From Sporopachydermia quercuum (taxonomy: Eukaryota), in assembly GCA_001599295.1 (NCBI GenBank), contig BCGN01000002.1:558001-622000 (forward strand): a DNA stretch of 64,000 nucleotides. Direction: 5' to 3'. The notes under the pieces were generated by a model. That model was not told where the DNA came from. It saw nothing but the letters and a program-made list of their open reading frames with translations, and did no database searches. Position 1 is the first letter of the stretch. Every line of letters starts with the position of its first letter. Position numbers and translations under genes: made by a program. Positions 46,379 through 57,662 of this stretch are shown piece after piece.

Positions 46379-47158
46379 ATTGCAACTAATCATCTTCAAT
46401 TCTATCATTTACAACATGAAATATATTTAGTCAAGAGACTTCTAACTACTATTCTCGATCCAGTAAAAAAAATTCCCTTTTTAAGCGAGAATAAAGTTTA
46501 AGTTTCACAACTTTAAATTTAAATTAGACTCCGGAACGGTAAGAACTAGTAGCTCTTCTTAGTGNTGGGTCGAAAATGAACCGGGAAAGCTGATAATAAA
46601 AAACATGCTTGAAGCGGCTAGCTAGCTATTATATACTTGTTAATTTGTCATAAATTGTACTCTATGATGTTCGAAAGTGGACTTATAAGATCTATATTCA
46701 CTTCTGTTGAATCTCATCGAGTTTTCACACATTAAAGTTGGGGATGTTGTATGAATGCGGAAGGGGAAATAAAAATTACCGAATACAGATTTAAGTTCAA
46801 AAATGATAAACTTAAAAGTGGTCCTGCCAGAGGTGATACTTTTTGAAACCAGTCGCTAAATGGAGATCTTTTATTAATGATCCTCAATGGATGGTGTACT
46901 ATCAATCTAAATAAGTTTATTAGATAGAATTGAGAGTAGTGCTTGTATGAGGTAATCCTGAAAACCGTTTGATACAAACCAATGTTTTCGAGTCATGTAG
47001 TTGACATATGGCTCGAACACCACTTACTAGTGCTTTTGATCTTTTTAAAGGTGAATACATACTTCTTTTTCTTATCCAAACGATAAATAAAAAGCTTTTC
47101 GTTCAGAATTTTTATCTGTTTGTTTTACATAATCTTCAATGAGATGTTATAGANGTAT

Positions 47159-47661
47159 TCAAACAATGTATACTGAGACTGTGGAGTACTTTATTGCTAA
47201 GAGCAAGAAGCTTCCGAGAAGACAGTACACTATCAAGATGAATAATGAATAACCATTAAATCTCATCAACCTTTTTGTAGTTCTATCATGTGAAGTTTCA
47301 ACAGGACAAGTTTCTATGTTATTACTTTCTTCAGCAGGGTCTAGCAGACAGTCTGATGAACAGCATGATATAAGACCATAGAAGAGGAAGACCAGTGAAA
47401 AGATATACAGACCAATAAATGTTAAACTAAGGAGAGTGAACACCTAATTATTTTTGTTAGAATAATCAAACCACATTCAAAAATTAATGCTATTTCCAAT
47501 ACAGAACTACTCACTACTGGTTTTGTAAAGAAATCAATGACTCTACAACGTCCGCAATCGCATTTATGACTCTCCAGCTCATAGCCTTCATAATCACAGT
47601 CGAAGGCATGTGGTGAAGAAATAACAAACTCTTCAAAAGAGCTTTTAGTGTCGTATTCCAT
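47159..47661 (-). CDS. ASG7: Asg7-like a-specific regulator of Ste3/Ste4 signalling, 143 aa; exons 47661-47515, 47443-47159
   Basis: A 71-nt intron GTGAGT(47514)...TTCTAAC...TAG(47444) fuses two 'overlapping' ORFs in phase 0. The product has a CxCxxC motif (CDCGRC), a TM, and C-terminal SHD..K....N..SL..LI...L..F.LL..K.S, all like Asg7 as I recall it. Confidence 0.8.
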
Positions 47662-47972
47662 TCTATGGTGACTGTCTTTTGTTTGTTTCCCAGATAGATT
47701 TATAAGAATAAAGGGATTCCTGATTTGGTCGCTTGAAGTATTTCTGGATTGACCTGCCTTCTTTCTCTACAACATGACTGGGTTCCTGAATGTTTTGATT
47801 GGACAAAAGCTATGCAATACTATAATTTCTACAGTAATATTTACAAAAGAACACTGAATTTGTATTTCAATTATTGACAAAATTCAATCGTTTAAATACC
47901 CTTATTCGCCAACAATCTTTTATTCACCATATAGATAAAGCGGTACCCAATTTGATGCCAGTTGATCAATTG

Positions 47973-47996
47973 TTACCCTTTTCGGTCAGAACAATG
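47973..47996 (-). promoter_or_regulatory. MATa2-Mcm1 composite site upstream of the ASG7-like gene
   Basis: Minus strand reads CATTGTT-CTGA-CCGAAAAGGG-TAA: HMG/a2 heptamer CATTGTT next to a CC(N6)GG Mcm1 box, 312-335 bp upstream of the ATG. Confidence 0.65.
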
Positions 47997-48671
47997 GAGC
48001 ACTTAAACAAACACTAAACTAAGGCAAAGAGAAACCAATGTTATCAATAAAAAACCCTCACCAACGCAAATTTAATTACTGGATAACAATGAAATTGAGT
48101 TTACAGAGATGATTTTTAGCAAGAGATCTTGTAAAATAGCAGATATGACAAGAAAGTAGCACTTGGTGAACCAATTAATGTATTTATAACTAGCATGAGA
48201 AGACAAGCTTAACCTCTACGAAACCCGATTCAAGGTTAAACCCATACAATAATGATTCAACAAAAACTTTATAGTCCTGCTTTCACCGAAATTTCTTATT
48301 CCATTCATAATCTTAATTAATCTCCTGCTATTTTAATTGGAATATGATGATTTGTATAATTTATGGTATGTTATATTACAATTCAAGAGGTATGAGACAT
48401 TCTTGACATTTTGAGGTTTTTCCCTCAAGTTAATCCGAAGGCACCAAAAAGTCACATTTGAAAATGACATGACATGACAATAGTTGTTGGTCATAGGGTA
48501 ACAGTATTGTAAGATTACCCGGACTGACATATGGATCAAGTCAAGAAATACCAACAAACAAAAATTGGCAATTGTATAAAAGGAATTTAAGCTGCTGTTT
48601 TTCGCTTTTCCAAGCTCTCCTTTAACAAATCTTTGTAATTTTGATTTTTCCTTTTCCTCTTTCCTTTCCTC

Positions 48672-48888
48672 ATACTTACCTGGAAACGTCATCAGAGATC
48701 AAGAAGTCTGAATGACCAGAGCGGTAGTTTGCATTGCACAGCGTGAATTTCACCGTTCTGCCTGCTATCAAAGATAGTCTGGGTTTCATAATTTTTGATT
48801 TCACACCTTTTATCAAATTCATTTCTTGAATTGTTTACTTGTTAATTTGATTTGTTTGCATGAAGATTTGAATTGTGATGAAAGGTGT
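48672..48888 (+). ncRNA. SNR19: U1 spliceosomal snRNA (mature 3' end uncertain, between about 48800 and 48888)
   Basis: 5' ATACTTACCTG; helix H GAAAC/GTTTC; SL1 loop GATCAAGAAG (48697-48706); SL2 with C[ATTGCACAGC]G U1A loop; short SL3; Sm site AATTTTTG (48790-48797); then hairpin ACACCTTTTATCA...TGATGAAAGGTGT. Confidence 0.95.
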
Positions 48889-50210
48889 ATAATTGGAAAG
48901 TATGAGGCAATTTTTGCTTAACTTTTTCTTTCTTTTCAGATGTAATGTTTTGCTAGGTGGCGGAACCATTTGAAAAGTTTTAGAGGAAGTTTTAGAGGAA
49001 GTTTCATCAAGATCTGGAAATATGCACTATACGTTTTGGCAAAACAGTGATTTGGGTTATATTGAATCAATGATTCGTTCAAAGTTGATCCTGAATGTGA
49101 AGTAAATATGACTGTTATCATTTATTTTTAGTTTGAACGATATCACCTACGTAAAATTTTGATCTAGCNCCTACAATTACTCGCCAGGGTATCCAATGAA
49201 CTCCACAGCAAATACTTCGATGTACTTATAATCCTTACACTAGTCAACTCTCTTATCAGTTTTCATTTNCGAAGCTTGATTCCATTCTAATTTATTCCGT
49301 ATCCTTTTAATTTTAATTATTTATCAAAGCCTCAAAATACCTCTTACTTATCTCTCTAAGTAATTCCCATCCACCGTTTCCAATAGTTACTTGCCGACCC
49401 AGCATCATCTCATTTCCTTCCTTGATCACTCTTAATGTTCTCTACTTCTGTCCCATGTCGTGCCCCACTGCATATCAGCACCTCCTGTCCCAAAACCCCT
49501 TACATGCGGATACCAATGACCTCCCCCTTTTCCGCACAATTCCAGCTCCACCCGACTTCTCCCGCTATTTCTTACGCTGATGTTAGGAGTCATCGACGAA
49601 GCGTGACAAACTTCATGTCAGGTGAAAAATAAGCATGTGAGTTTTTTGGGTAAAGAAGTACTAAATAACTAAAGGGCTATTTGTACCATCAGTATAAGTG
49701 TGCTAACTACTGCACCCATCAGTAACAAGCGCTTGCTATTGTTACTGTTGGATGTATTATTTGACTAAAGAGTGAGAAGACAAGTATATATAAATATATA
49801 AAAAACACTAAGGAGCCTTGATGAATTGGAATCAACGCAGTATTTAATCAGTTGATTTGCATATTTGATTAGATGAGGATACTGGATGAAAGTTTATGAG
49901 CTACCTTAACAAAATTGATTGACCCCACAAGAAAGAGAGGAGAGTATTTTCTGGAGATCTCATGAGGAGTGAATAAATGACCAAGGAAAACTGGGGTATC
50001 AATAGTATTTATTGTTAAAAGCATTTCCCTGCTAACCACTCAGTTACTAGACGATTATATTTGCATAGATTCAGATGGTTGTTATATCTACTAACCTATC
50101 TAAATCCACGAATCATCCAAAAGCATAATTTCGTATATCCAATTGAAATTCACATTCGCAGCATTGTCAGAATAAAGCCATCCAAAAGTAATCAACGCAA
50201 GCCATCAAAA

Positions 50211-51623
50211 ATGCCAGTTTATAACATCTCTCATGTTGAAAACGTGAGGATTTGCGTGGTAATGGTAGGTTTACCAGCTCGTGGTAAATCCTTAATTGCT
50301 CAAAAGATTGTAAGGTATCTTACATGGCTGTCAATCAAATCAAAATGTTTCAACGTTGGAATGTATAGAAGAACAAGCGAAGCACATCCAACTGCTGAAT
50401 TCTTTGATGCTAATAATGAAGAAGGGAAAAGAATCAGAAAGTTATCAGCTCAAATGGCTGTCACTGATATGATGAAATGGTTTAATGAAGAACAAGGTGT
50501 TGTTGGTATTCTTGATGCTACAAATTCAACTAGGGAGAGAAGAGAATGGATTCTTACTTTATGTAGAAGTTATAAAATAGAACCTATGTTTGTTGAAAGC
50601 TGGTGTACCGATAAAGATTTGATCATGCAGAATATTCTTGATGTGAAGACTTCAAGTCCTGATTATGTGGGGACCGACCCTGAAGTTGCGGTTAAAGATT
50701 TTCTTGATAGAATTGAAAAATATCGTGAGGTTTATGAAACAGTCAACGATCCTGATTTAACGTACGTGAAGATTATTAATGTTTCAGCCCAAGTTATAAT
50801 CTCAAGGATTGAAACCTATTTAGAATCAAGAATCGTTTACTTCTTGATGAATCTACATATTAAACCAAGAGCTATATGGCTATCAAGACACGGGGAGTCT
50901 ATGTTTAATTTATCAGGACAGATTGGTGGTGATGCTGATTTATCGCCTCGAGGTCGGCAATATGCCCAAATGTTACCTGCTTTGGTGAAATATTCAGTAG
51001 GAGATCGTGATCTTACAGTATGGACATCTACTTTAAAACGTACTCAACAAACTGCAAGTCTTTTATCTTATCCAAAACTTCAGTGGAAAGCTTTAGATGA
51101 ATTAGATGCTGGTGCATGTGATGGAATGACCTATGAGGAGATTGAAAGCATTTACCCTGAAGATTTCAAAGCTCGTGATGCCGATAAATATGAATATCGT
51201 TATAGAGGAGGTGAATCATATCGTGATGTTGTTATCCGTTTGGAACCTATTATTATGGAACTAGAAAGACAAGAAAACATTTTGATTGTTACTCATCAAG
51301 CCGTTTTACGTTGTATTTACGCTTACTTTATGAATGTTCCTCAAGATCAATCTCCTTGGATGGATGTTCCTTTGCATACTCTCATTAAGCTTGAACCAAG
51401 AGCTTATCATACTGTTGTCACTCGCATTAAGGCCAATATCCCTGCTGTGAGTACCTATAGAGAGAAAGGTAAAAGCGTGTTAGGGAATTCAAATCCTGGT
51501 ACTCCTGTTGCTGGTCAGCCTATTATAACTCTGGGTGAAGATAGTACTGGCAGAACATTACCTCAAATGTCTCAAGGTATTGAAGGCTGTACCGTTAGTA
51601 CAACTATTGTCAAAACAGTATAA
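50211..51623 (+). CDS. FBP26: Fructose-2,6-bisphosphatase / 6-phosphofructo-2-kinase, 470 aa
   Basis: VMVGLPARGKS, DATNST.ERR, RHGES, ELDAG, YRGGESY, THQAV. The likely start is AAAAATG at 50211, not the TTG at 50061. Confidence 0.93.
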   Translation: MPVYNISHVENVRICVVMVGLPARGKSLIAQKIVRYLTWLSIKSKCFNVGMYRRTSEAHPTAEFFDANNEEGKRIRKLSAQMAVTDMMKWFNEEQGVVGILDATNSTRERREWILTLCRSYKIEPMFVESWCTDKDLIMQNILDVKTSSPDYVGTDPEVAVKDFLDRIEKYREVYETVNDPDLTYVKIINVSAQVIISRIETYLESRIVYFLMNLHIKPRAIWLSRHGESMFNLSGQIGGDADLSPRGRQYAQMLPALVKYSVGDRDLTVWTSTLKRTQQTASLLSYPKLQWKALDELDAGACDGMTYEEIESIYPEDFKARDADKYEYRYRGGESYRDVVIRLEPIIMELERQENILIVTHQAVLRCIYAYFMNVPQDQSPWMDVPLHTLIKLEPRAYHTVVTRIKANIPAVSTYREKGKSVLGNSNPGTPVAGQPIITLGEDSTGRTLPQMSQGIEGCTVSTTIVKTV

Positions 51624-53002
51624 TGTGAAGCATATAAATAGCATCAAATGGTGTATGAAGAAATAAATAGTTAGTATTTATGTACTTATCAGGGAAGGAA
51701 CTTAAACATAAGAAAAGAAGAAGTATTGAGAAGCAGCAATGACATCATAATTAGTCAATATTAGCAATAAAGTGGTTACAATGCCCTATGATCTAAACCC
51801 CTTTTCATAAGTTCCATTTCAAGCTAAGCTGAAATGGAGTTTATCATTCGATTATATCAATTGAAGATTGAACAGCATGGCTGCTTCTCTTCACCTGATA
51901 GATCATCTNAACATCTGCTTGATTTATCGCCAATCCTAAGATAAACTCATGAGCAGTTAGCACAGCACAGTCATAAGCTCACAGCTCGTCCCAGCTCCTG
52001 TAGGCTTTGCATTGATAGAGCCTTTTTCAGAGCAGAACATAACCTATTGCTATACATGAACCTCCTAGAGAGGCATAAAGTGAACANTGTAATCAGTTGA
52101 TTTTTCCAAATCTTTTGTAGATATTTATAGAGTTTCAGAGAGGGAATTGATGTCGAGATGAGACATTGCAGTTGATTATTCAAATCTGCTGTTTTTACGT
52201 ATGATCGAAAATGTCCCTGTAAATGAACAAAGAGCTCACTGCTTGTTAATTGGACACTAGACATTGAAACTACTATTGTCGAAGTTACATTATGATATTC
52301 ATTCTGTTTCNATCAGCTGTAATAGCAGATCCTGCTCTGCATTGAAGTATAACGTTAGTAGTTTTTAATTGATTCAATAGACTGAACTAAATATCATCAT
52401 TCAGAACGTTCGGACGATTCTGATTACTGAACTTATAGAACAAACAGGTAGTACATAGGTAAATGAATAATTATAAAAGGAAGATTAATAGAAATAGTAG
52501 TGGCAATAGTAATACTAAACGCCATTTTCAAATATTTATTCACCAGATGATACATCTTCCTAGTATTTTTACTCCTAATATTATATGTTATATATGTTAA
52601 TTATTTGTACAACTAGCATATGTTTTACAAATATATGTTTTCCTTGATTAGCTGTAATTGTTTTTTTTTTGTTAGTTGACCTATAGAATTATTGCGCTAA
52701 AGAACGAATCTGCTACTAGGTATTNTCTATCATTTATTAGCCATCAATTTGGATGTAACCTTCCTCATTAATTAGCTTGCTAGCAACACTACACTACAGT
52801 ATACTATAGGTAAGATTAGTAATTTATAATATAGATAAATCGTTAGTATTGATCCTTTTCTTCCCATTGTTTCTATTTCTCCATAAAACAATCATACAAT
52901 TATATATAAACACATATTTCTCTTCTTGTTCCCATTCTNNTTCTAGTTAATTCCTAATTCATACCAATCATCTTCATTTCCATTACCGCCATCAATTCCG
53001 TT

Positions 53003-55810
53003 TTATTCGTTTGTTCCTTCACTTTCACTTTCTTCATCTTCACTGTCACTGCCATCGACATTGTCATAAAACTCATCTTCCGCTTCATCTTTTCCTTCAG
53101 AAACATCTTTCACACCCACAAGACCCCATGAAATCTTAGTGACCTCTTGCAACCTATCAAGAATCTGTCCCATAGGTGTGAATAGGCCAAACTGTTTCTG
53201 TTCACCATCATATGAATGTAACATGCCAACAACACCTAATCCAGCTTCAGATTTCTCTTGTTGTTGCNGTTGTTGTTGCTTATCATTCACTTGTAATCTC
53301 TCAAATATCGTACCTAAATACCCTGAACCGCTTCCTTTTGATGATCCACTCATAGAGTTGGCTGTTCTAACAGTACTACTACTATTAGCACTACTAGTGC
53401 TATTTCCACCACTACCACTATCATCAGATAACTTACTGAGTATCCATGCCCCAGAATCTCCACCGGTAGCAAACATTGGATTGTTCCCATTAGAACTAAC
53501 AACAAATTCACTACTATGAAGCTTTCCGTTCGCCCAATAAACTATCTTTGGCCCATTGATTTGTCCAGAAGTGTACTTTGACGTACTACCATATTTAAAC
53601 ACTTTCAGACCTGATGTTGGATTCACAAGCTTTTTAACGTATAAATTGCCAAACATTAGACCAGCATCATATTCTGAGAACTCTACGTCATCACCAAGAT
53701 AGTTTCTACAGATAAGCTCACTTCTGCATTTGATTACTGCAATATCTGATATAGAACCTTTAATAACAGCTCGTTCTCCCCATACAACTTGACCAAACGA
53801 GAACATTTCCTCACCTTTTTCTTTGATAGAACCACCTGAAGATGTAGCCGAAGCTGAGACAGAAGGAAATAACGCATCAAGTTCTTCTAAAGCATTGGAA
53901 TATCCAATGAACTCTTCTGACGTTTCCTTGTATTTATTCTTCTCATTCCGAAGAACTTTCCTATACATCTTAATCAAAGCAGGAGAAGGCACAGCAACAT
54001 TAGGGTAACCAACGGAAACATCCGGAAGCACCACATGGCCACAAGTTAGAGCAAATGCCGATTTTGCATATTCTGCAAGATCCACATCGTCTTTATTAAC
54101 TTTCGGATAAACATAGCCTCCGAGAGTTCCCGATAGAGTTGTAGCGTTGATTTCGGCCAAGGACATTGACATTGGCGGCGCTTTAGAGTTTGTGGGTATT
54201 CGGAACGGAGGTTTCACGGTAATCTTCCGACGAGCCGAGCTCCCCAAGCCTGCAGAACTTGCCGAGCTTGAATCGCCTGTTCCACATAGCTTGATATAGT
54301 CCTTCTGACAACAGAAATGCACATCTGGGAACAAATCAAACAAAGAATGAACAATCTGATAATGCTCGTTTTCTGGATTGGGGAATCCAAATATAACAGT
54401 TATAACTGAAGATTCAGGCGACAGGCCTCTTATTACTGGAGCCAGAAAAGCACCATCTTGATCGGCAACCTGGGAAGAATCAAAAGCTGACGCAAGCTCA
54501 ACAACACTATGAATCACTTCGTGAGAAGGCAACTCGTCAATGCAACCAACAGCAAACGTTTTCGGCACAGGAAGCGTTCCCGAGGATCTGTTCACTAGTT
54601 CTAACTGTAAGCATAACTCATATAATGCTCTTAGCACCAAACTTCGCGATTGAACAAAACCAGCCGAATTGAGTAGATTATCGATGAAATGCAGTAAGAT
54701 TTTTATGATTCTTCGTAATGAAGCATTGTTATGAACAGTGATTGTCTTGGGTGGTAAAACTGCAAAGTTAGCACAGGAAACAGTTGACTTCACTGCTTCG
54801 GATACTTTGATAGAAGCCCGGGATAAATCCAGTACATTACATTGAATATCAGTCATCACGGTATCTAGTTTCTTTGCTAGAGCAGAAAGCTGGTTAAGAG
54901 CGTTGTTTTTAACTGCAAACAGGTTGATATTAGAATTGAGTGTAGGAGAATTACCAGCGCTTGAACAAGGGGAGATACTAGAATTTGACTGAATGGAACC
55001 TCCTGATTGACTGCAGATGCGACCTTTATCACCCTTAGGAATAGCTATTCCTGTTGAAGAGTTAATAGAACCTGTTGTAGGGAATCCTCTGGCACCAGGA
55101 ACAGCTCCANTAGCAGCAGTATTAGAAAAAGCTCCCTCGGGAAATACGAGGGTGTTCCTTAAACCAGCGGAAGCAGAGGCTCGAGCACTCCAAAGGCTTG
55201 AACCAGCGTTCCGTGGTTTCCTGGCTTTTGATGAGTTCAGTGATGCTGAATCAGAATCAGAATCTTCTTCTAGATCACCAGATTGTAGTATTACTAATGG
55301 TTTACCAATATCAGCAGCTTTCGATGATTTCTCACTTTCTTCTTCAACCTGCTGTAGTTTCATATCTTGTTGATGAGATAGTGCGCTTTTACCTGCTGTA
55401 AAGCTATTAGAACCCACAGTTGAAGGTCTAGTAGAAGTTGTCCGTTGATCACCAGCACCGGAAAACACACTGCTGGAATAAGTGTCTGGTTGACTTGAAA
55501 CAGTCGAATAAACGTCAGAAGATACTATTTTCAAAGCTTCTATAGAACCTCTAAATTTGTCTATTGAATCCTTTGACTCATTCTCCTTTAATTTATTGGT
55601 ATCTTTACCCATTTTTCCTCCTGGGGTTGAACTTGATGCTTCATTTGATGATATGACTGATTTCAGTCTTCCTTGGCTAGCAGTTCCAGTGATATTAGTC
55701 AAAGAGTTATCTTGATTTGAGGAGCTGGTTTGAGACGTTTGGGATATGGAGCTAGCATCAGAGTTCCTTCTTTTCACTCTTCTCCAGTTAATACTAGGAT
55801 AAGGTGCCAT
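53003..55810 (-). CDS. SSY5: SPS amino-acid-sensor serine endoprotease (peptidase S64)
   Basis: Ser-rich pro-domain; PFRIPT..APPMSMSL, SGTLGGY; catalytic triad TCGHV / SDIAVI / GDSGAW; GMLHSYDGE.KQFGLFTPM..IL.RL..VT.I.W. Confidence 0.92.
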   Translation of the reverse strand: MAPYPSINWRRVKRRNSDASSISQTSQTSSSNQDNSLTNITGTASQGRLKSVISSNEASSSTPGGKMGKDTNKLKENESKDSIDKFRGSIEALKIVSSDVYSTVSSQPDTYSSSVFSGAGDQRTTSTRPSTVGSNSFTAGKSALSHQQDMKLQQVEEESEKSSKAADIGKPLVILQSGDLEEDSDSDSASLNSSKARKPRNAGSSLWSARASASAGLRNTLVFPEGAFSNTAAXGAVPGARGFPTTGSINSSTGIAIPKGDKGRICSQSGGSIQSNSSISPCSSAGNSPTLNSNINLFAVKNNALNQLSALAKKLDTVMTDIQCNVLDLSRASIKVSEAVKSTVSCANFAVLPPKTITVHNNASLRRIIKILLHFIDNLLNSAGFVQSRSLVLRALYELCLQLELVNRSSGTLPVPKTFAVGCIDELPSHEVIHSVVELASAFDSSQVADQDGAFLAPVIRGLSPESSVITVIFGFPNPENEHYQIVHSLFDLFPDVHFCCQKDYIKLCGTGDSSSASSAGLGSSARRKITVKPPFRIPTNSKAPPMSMSLAEINATTLSGTLGGYVYPKVNKDDVDLAEYAKSAFALTCGHVVLPDVSVGYPNVAVPSPALIKMYRKVLRNEKNKYKETSEEFIGYSNALEELDALFPSVSASATSSGGSIKEKGEEMFSFGQVVWGERAVIKGSISDIAVIKCRSELICRNYLGDDVEFSEYDAGLMFGNLYVKKLVNPTSGLKVFKYGSTSKYTSGQINGPKIVYWANGKLHSSEFVVSSNGNNPMFATGGDSGAWILSKLSDDSGSGGNSTSSANSSSTVRTANSMSGSSKGSGSGYLGTIFERLQVNDKQQQXQQQEKSEAGLGVVGMLHSYDGEQKQFGLFTPMGQILDRLQEVTKISWGLVGVKDVSEGKDEAEDEFYDNVDGSDSEDEESESEGTNE

Positions 55811-57170
55811 TATGAGTCATATAACATATAATAATGTACAGATTGCAAGAAGAGTTTGAAAGCTCAAGGAACTTTAGTTGTAATATAATTGAATGCACCA
55901 AAACAACAGTACTAGTAATCCCAATAGTAGTTCTGATATTATCTAAATGTAGACATTAACAGGGGTAAAGTCCGAAGCTAAGATTGAAAATAACCGTAAT
56001 AAACGGTTAAACAATGAGTAATAATTATCNAAACAAGGGAGAAACACCTCTTAATATGGCAATCAATTCCGTATGAAGATTGGGTTATGGAATAGAAGCC
56101 CCAGATTGGTTTTCAATAGAAAGCTGTGCTAAGCCGATTTAAAGCAAACAAACTCNTTGCCGAAGAAATGTAATAACCGTTTGAAAGCTGGGCTTCTAAA
56201 GTGAGATGGATAATGAATATGAAGGATTTATGATCAGTTTTTGTTGCTTACTGCTCGTTATTACTGCGAATCGGACTGTAGCTGAATGCTTTTACAAAGG
56301 CGTTGTGCACAACACTCCTGTTTCCGAGCTTCGGAGAGTTAATTAGAATGCAATCAAGACTTTTCAGCACTTCTTTATTGCTTTCTTAAGCCTGAATTTC
56401 ACCTATAATGCAATGAAATAAGCTACAGTACTATCAAGTGCTAAGGTGATAGCAGTAGGTAATCCTGTTGACTAGATGACAATGAGAAGAACAAGGCAGT
56501 TTGATTGAATATGATTACTGGATCAGAAGCTTATTTGCCTTCCTGAAGTTAAATTTGTTTGGTGATATGAGCTTAAAACAAATCGTTTTCAGTTTTAACC
56601 CAAGTTGATGTTATAATACTAATGAGAAGAACAATAAGCATAGCGAATAAGGAACTATCATATGGACAATTTATTGATAGAGTGAAAATTAAGGCTTAAG
56701 AAAATTATANTGGGAAGGAAATAAGGTTGTTAGTGTAGGGCATCAAATTTAAGAGGAACTGAGCTTAAATGTATGAAGACCTAAGATTTAAGCTGTAGAG
56801 TAGATGAAACCTTATGCACAAACGATGCATTATCTTTATTGAGTTACTGGATTGGGACAATAAACTAAGAGAATGANTTACTTTAAGAAGCTGGGGAGAN
56901 AGGATGAGTAATTCCTACGATTGAATACGAGATTAACNAAGACATGAAAACGGAGATAAATATTCCTGGTTAAAGTTAATTACAAACTATCGGTGGGGTA
57001 GGCGAGATTTCTTCGGTAATTATGTGAAATCACACGTTCTGTAACATAGTACTATAGTACTATAAAAGTTAATTTCAAAGTAGCTCATGGTTGGAGCCGT
57101 GCAAAAGCCTTTGAACTCTCTTGTATCACTGGATGGAGCAGTTCAAACCAAAGTGCAGGGAATGATTTTG

Positions 57171-57179
57171 ATGACTCAT
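57171..57179. promoter_or_regulatory. Gcn4/AP-1 consensus ATGACTCAT upstream of SSY5
   Basis: Perfect 9-mer about 1.36 kb upstream of SSY5; a second copy lies at 55812-55820 next to the ATG. Confidence 0.3.
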
Positions 57180-57662
57180 ACAGCGCTGCGGACAGTTTTT
57201 GATACTCAAAACAAATAGTAGGCGTATATCAATTGCAATTAATCTGACGATTTTCTCGTCGTATCTGAATGAAGGACCAACCAGGTAATACAGAATTATA
57301 CATGATTAGATAATCAGATAACACCTTAAGATATTAGATAATCAGTTGATAGAAATAATCAATCTATCATTTCCGGTTATTGCACTCACTGACTTTCGTA
57401 GCTCTCTAATTATTTCCGTAATATTGATTTATTTACAGTTTGTAGAACCTATCTATCAAAGAATGATCAAATTGTTTAGTGCTTCATTATCAAATAGAAC
57501 AACAATTTACAGCATTACCTTTCACATCAATGCATTGGTGATATAATATATAGTATAGTACATANGAACTCGAACACGACTAGAAAAACAAACCAAAAAG
57601 AAAAAACACAACAANGGAAATATAACAAATCATAAATTACACTCAATTACAAGCCCGCACCA

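Noticed and set aside
47422..47443. Overlap of two ORFs suggesting a programmed frameshift or pseudogene
   Set aside because: Fully explained by a canonical 71-nt intron.
50061..50210. 50-aa N-terminal extension of FBP26 in the ORF track
   Set aside because: It starts at TTG and has no family similarity; homology and a good AAAAATG context begin at 50211.
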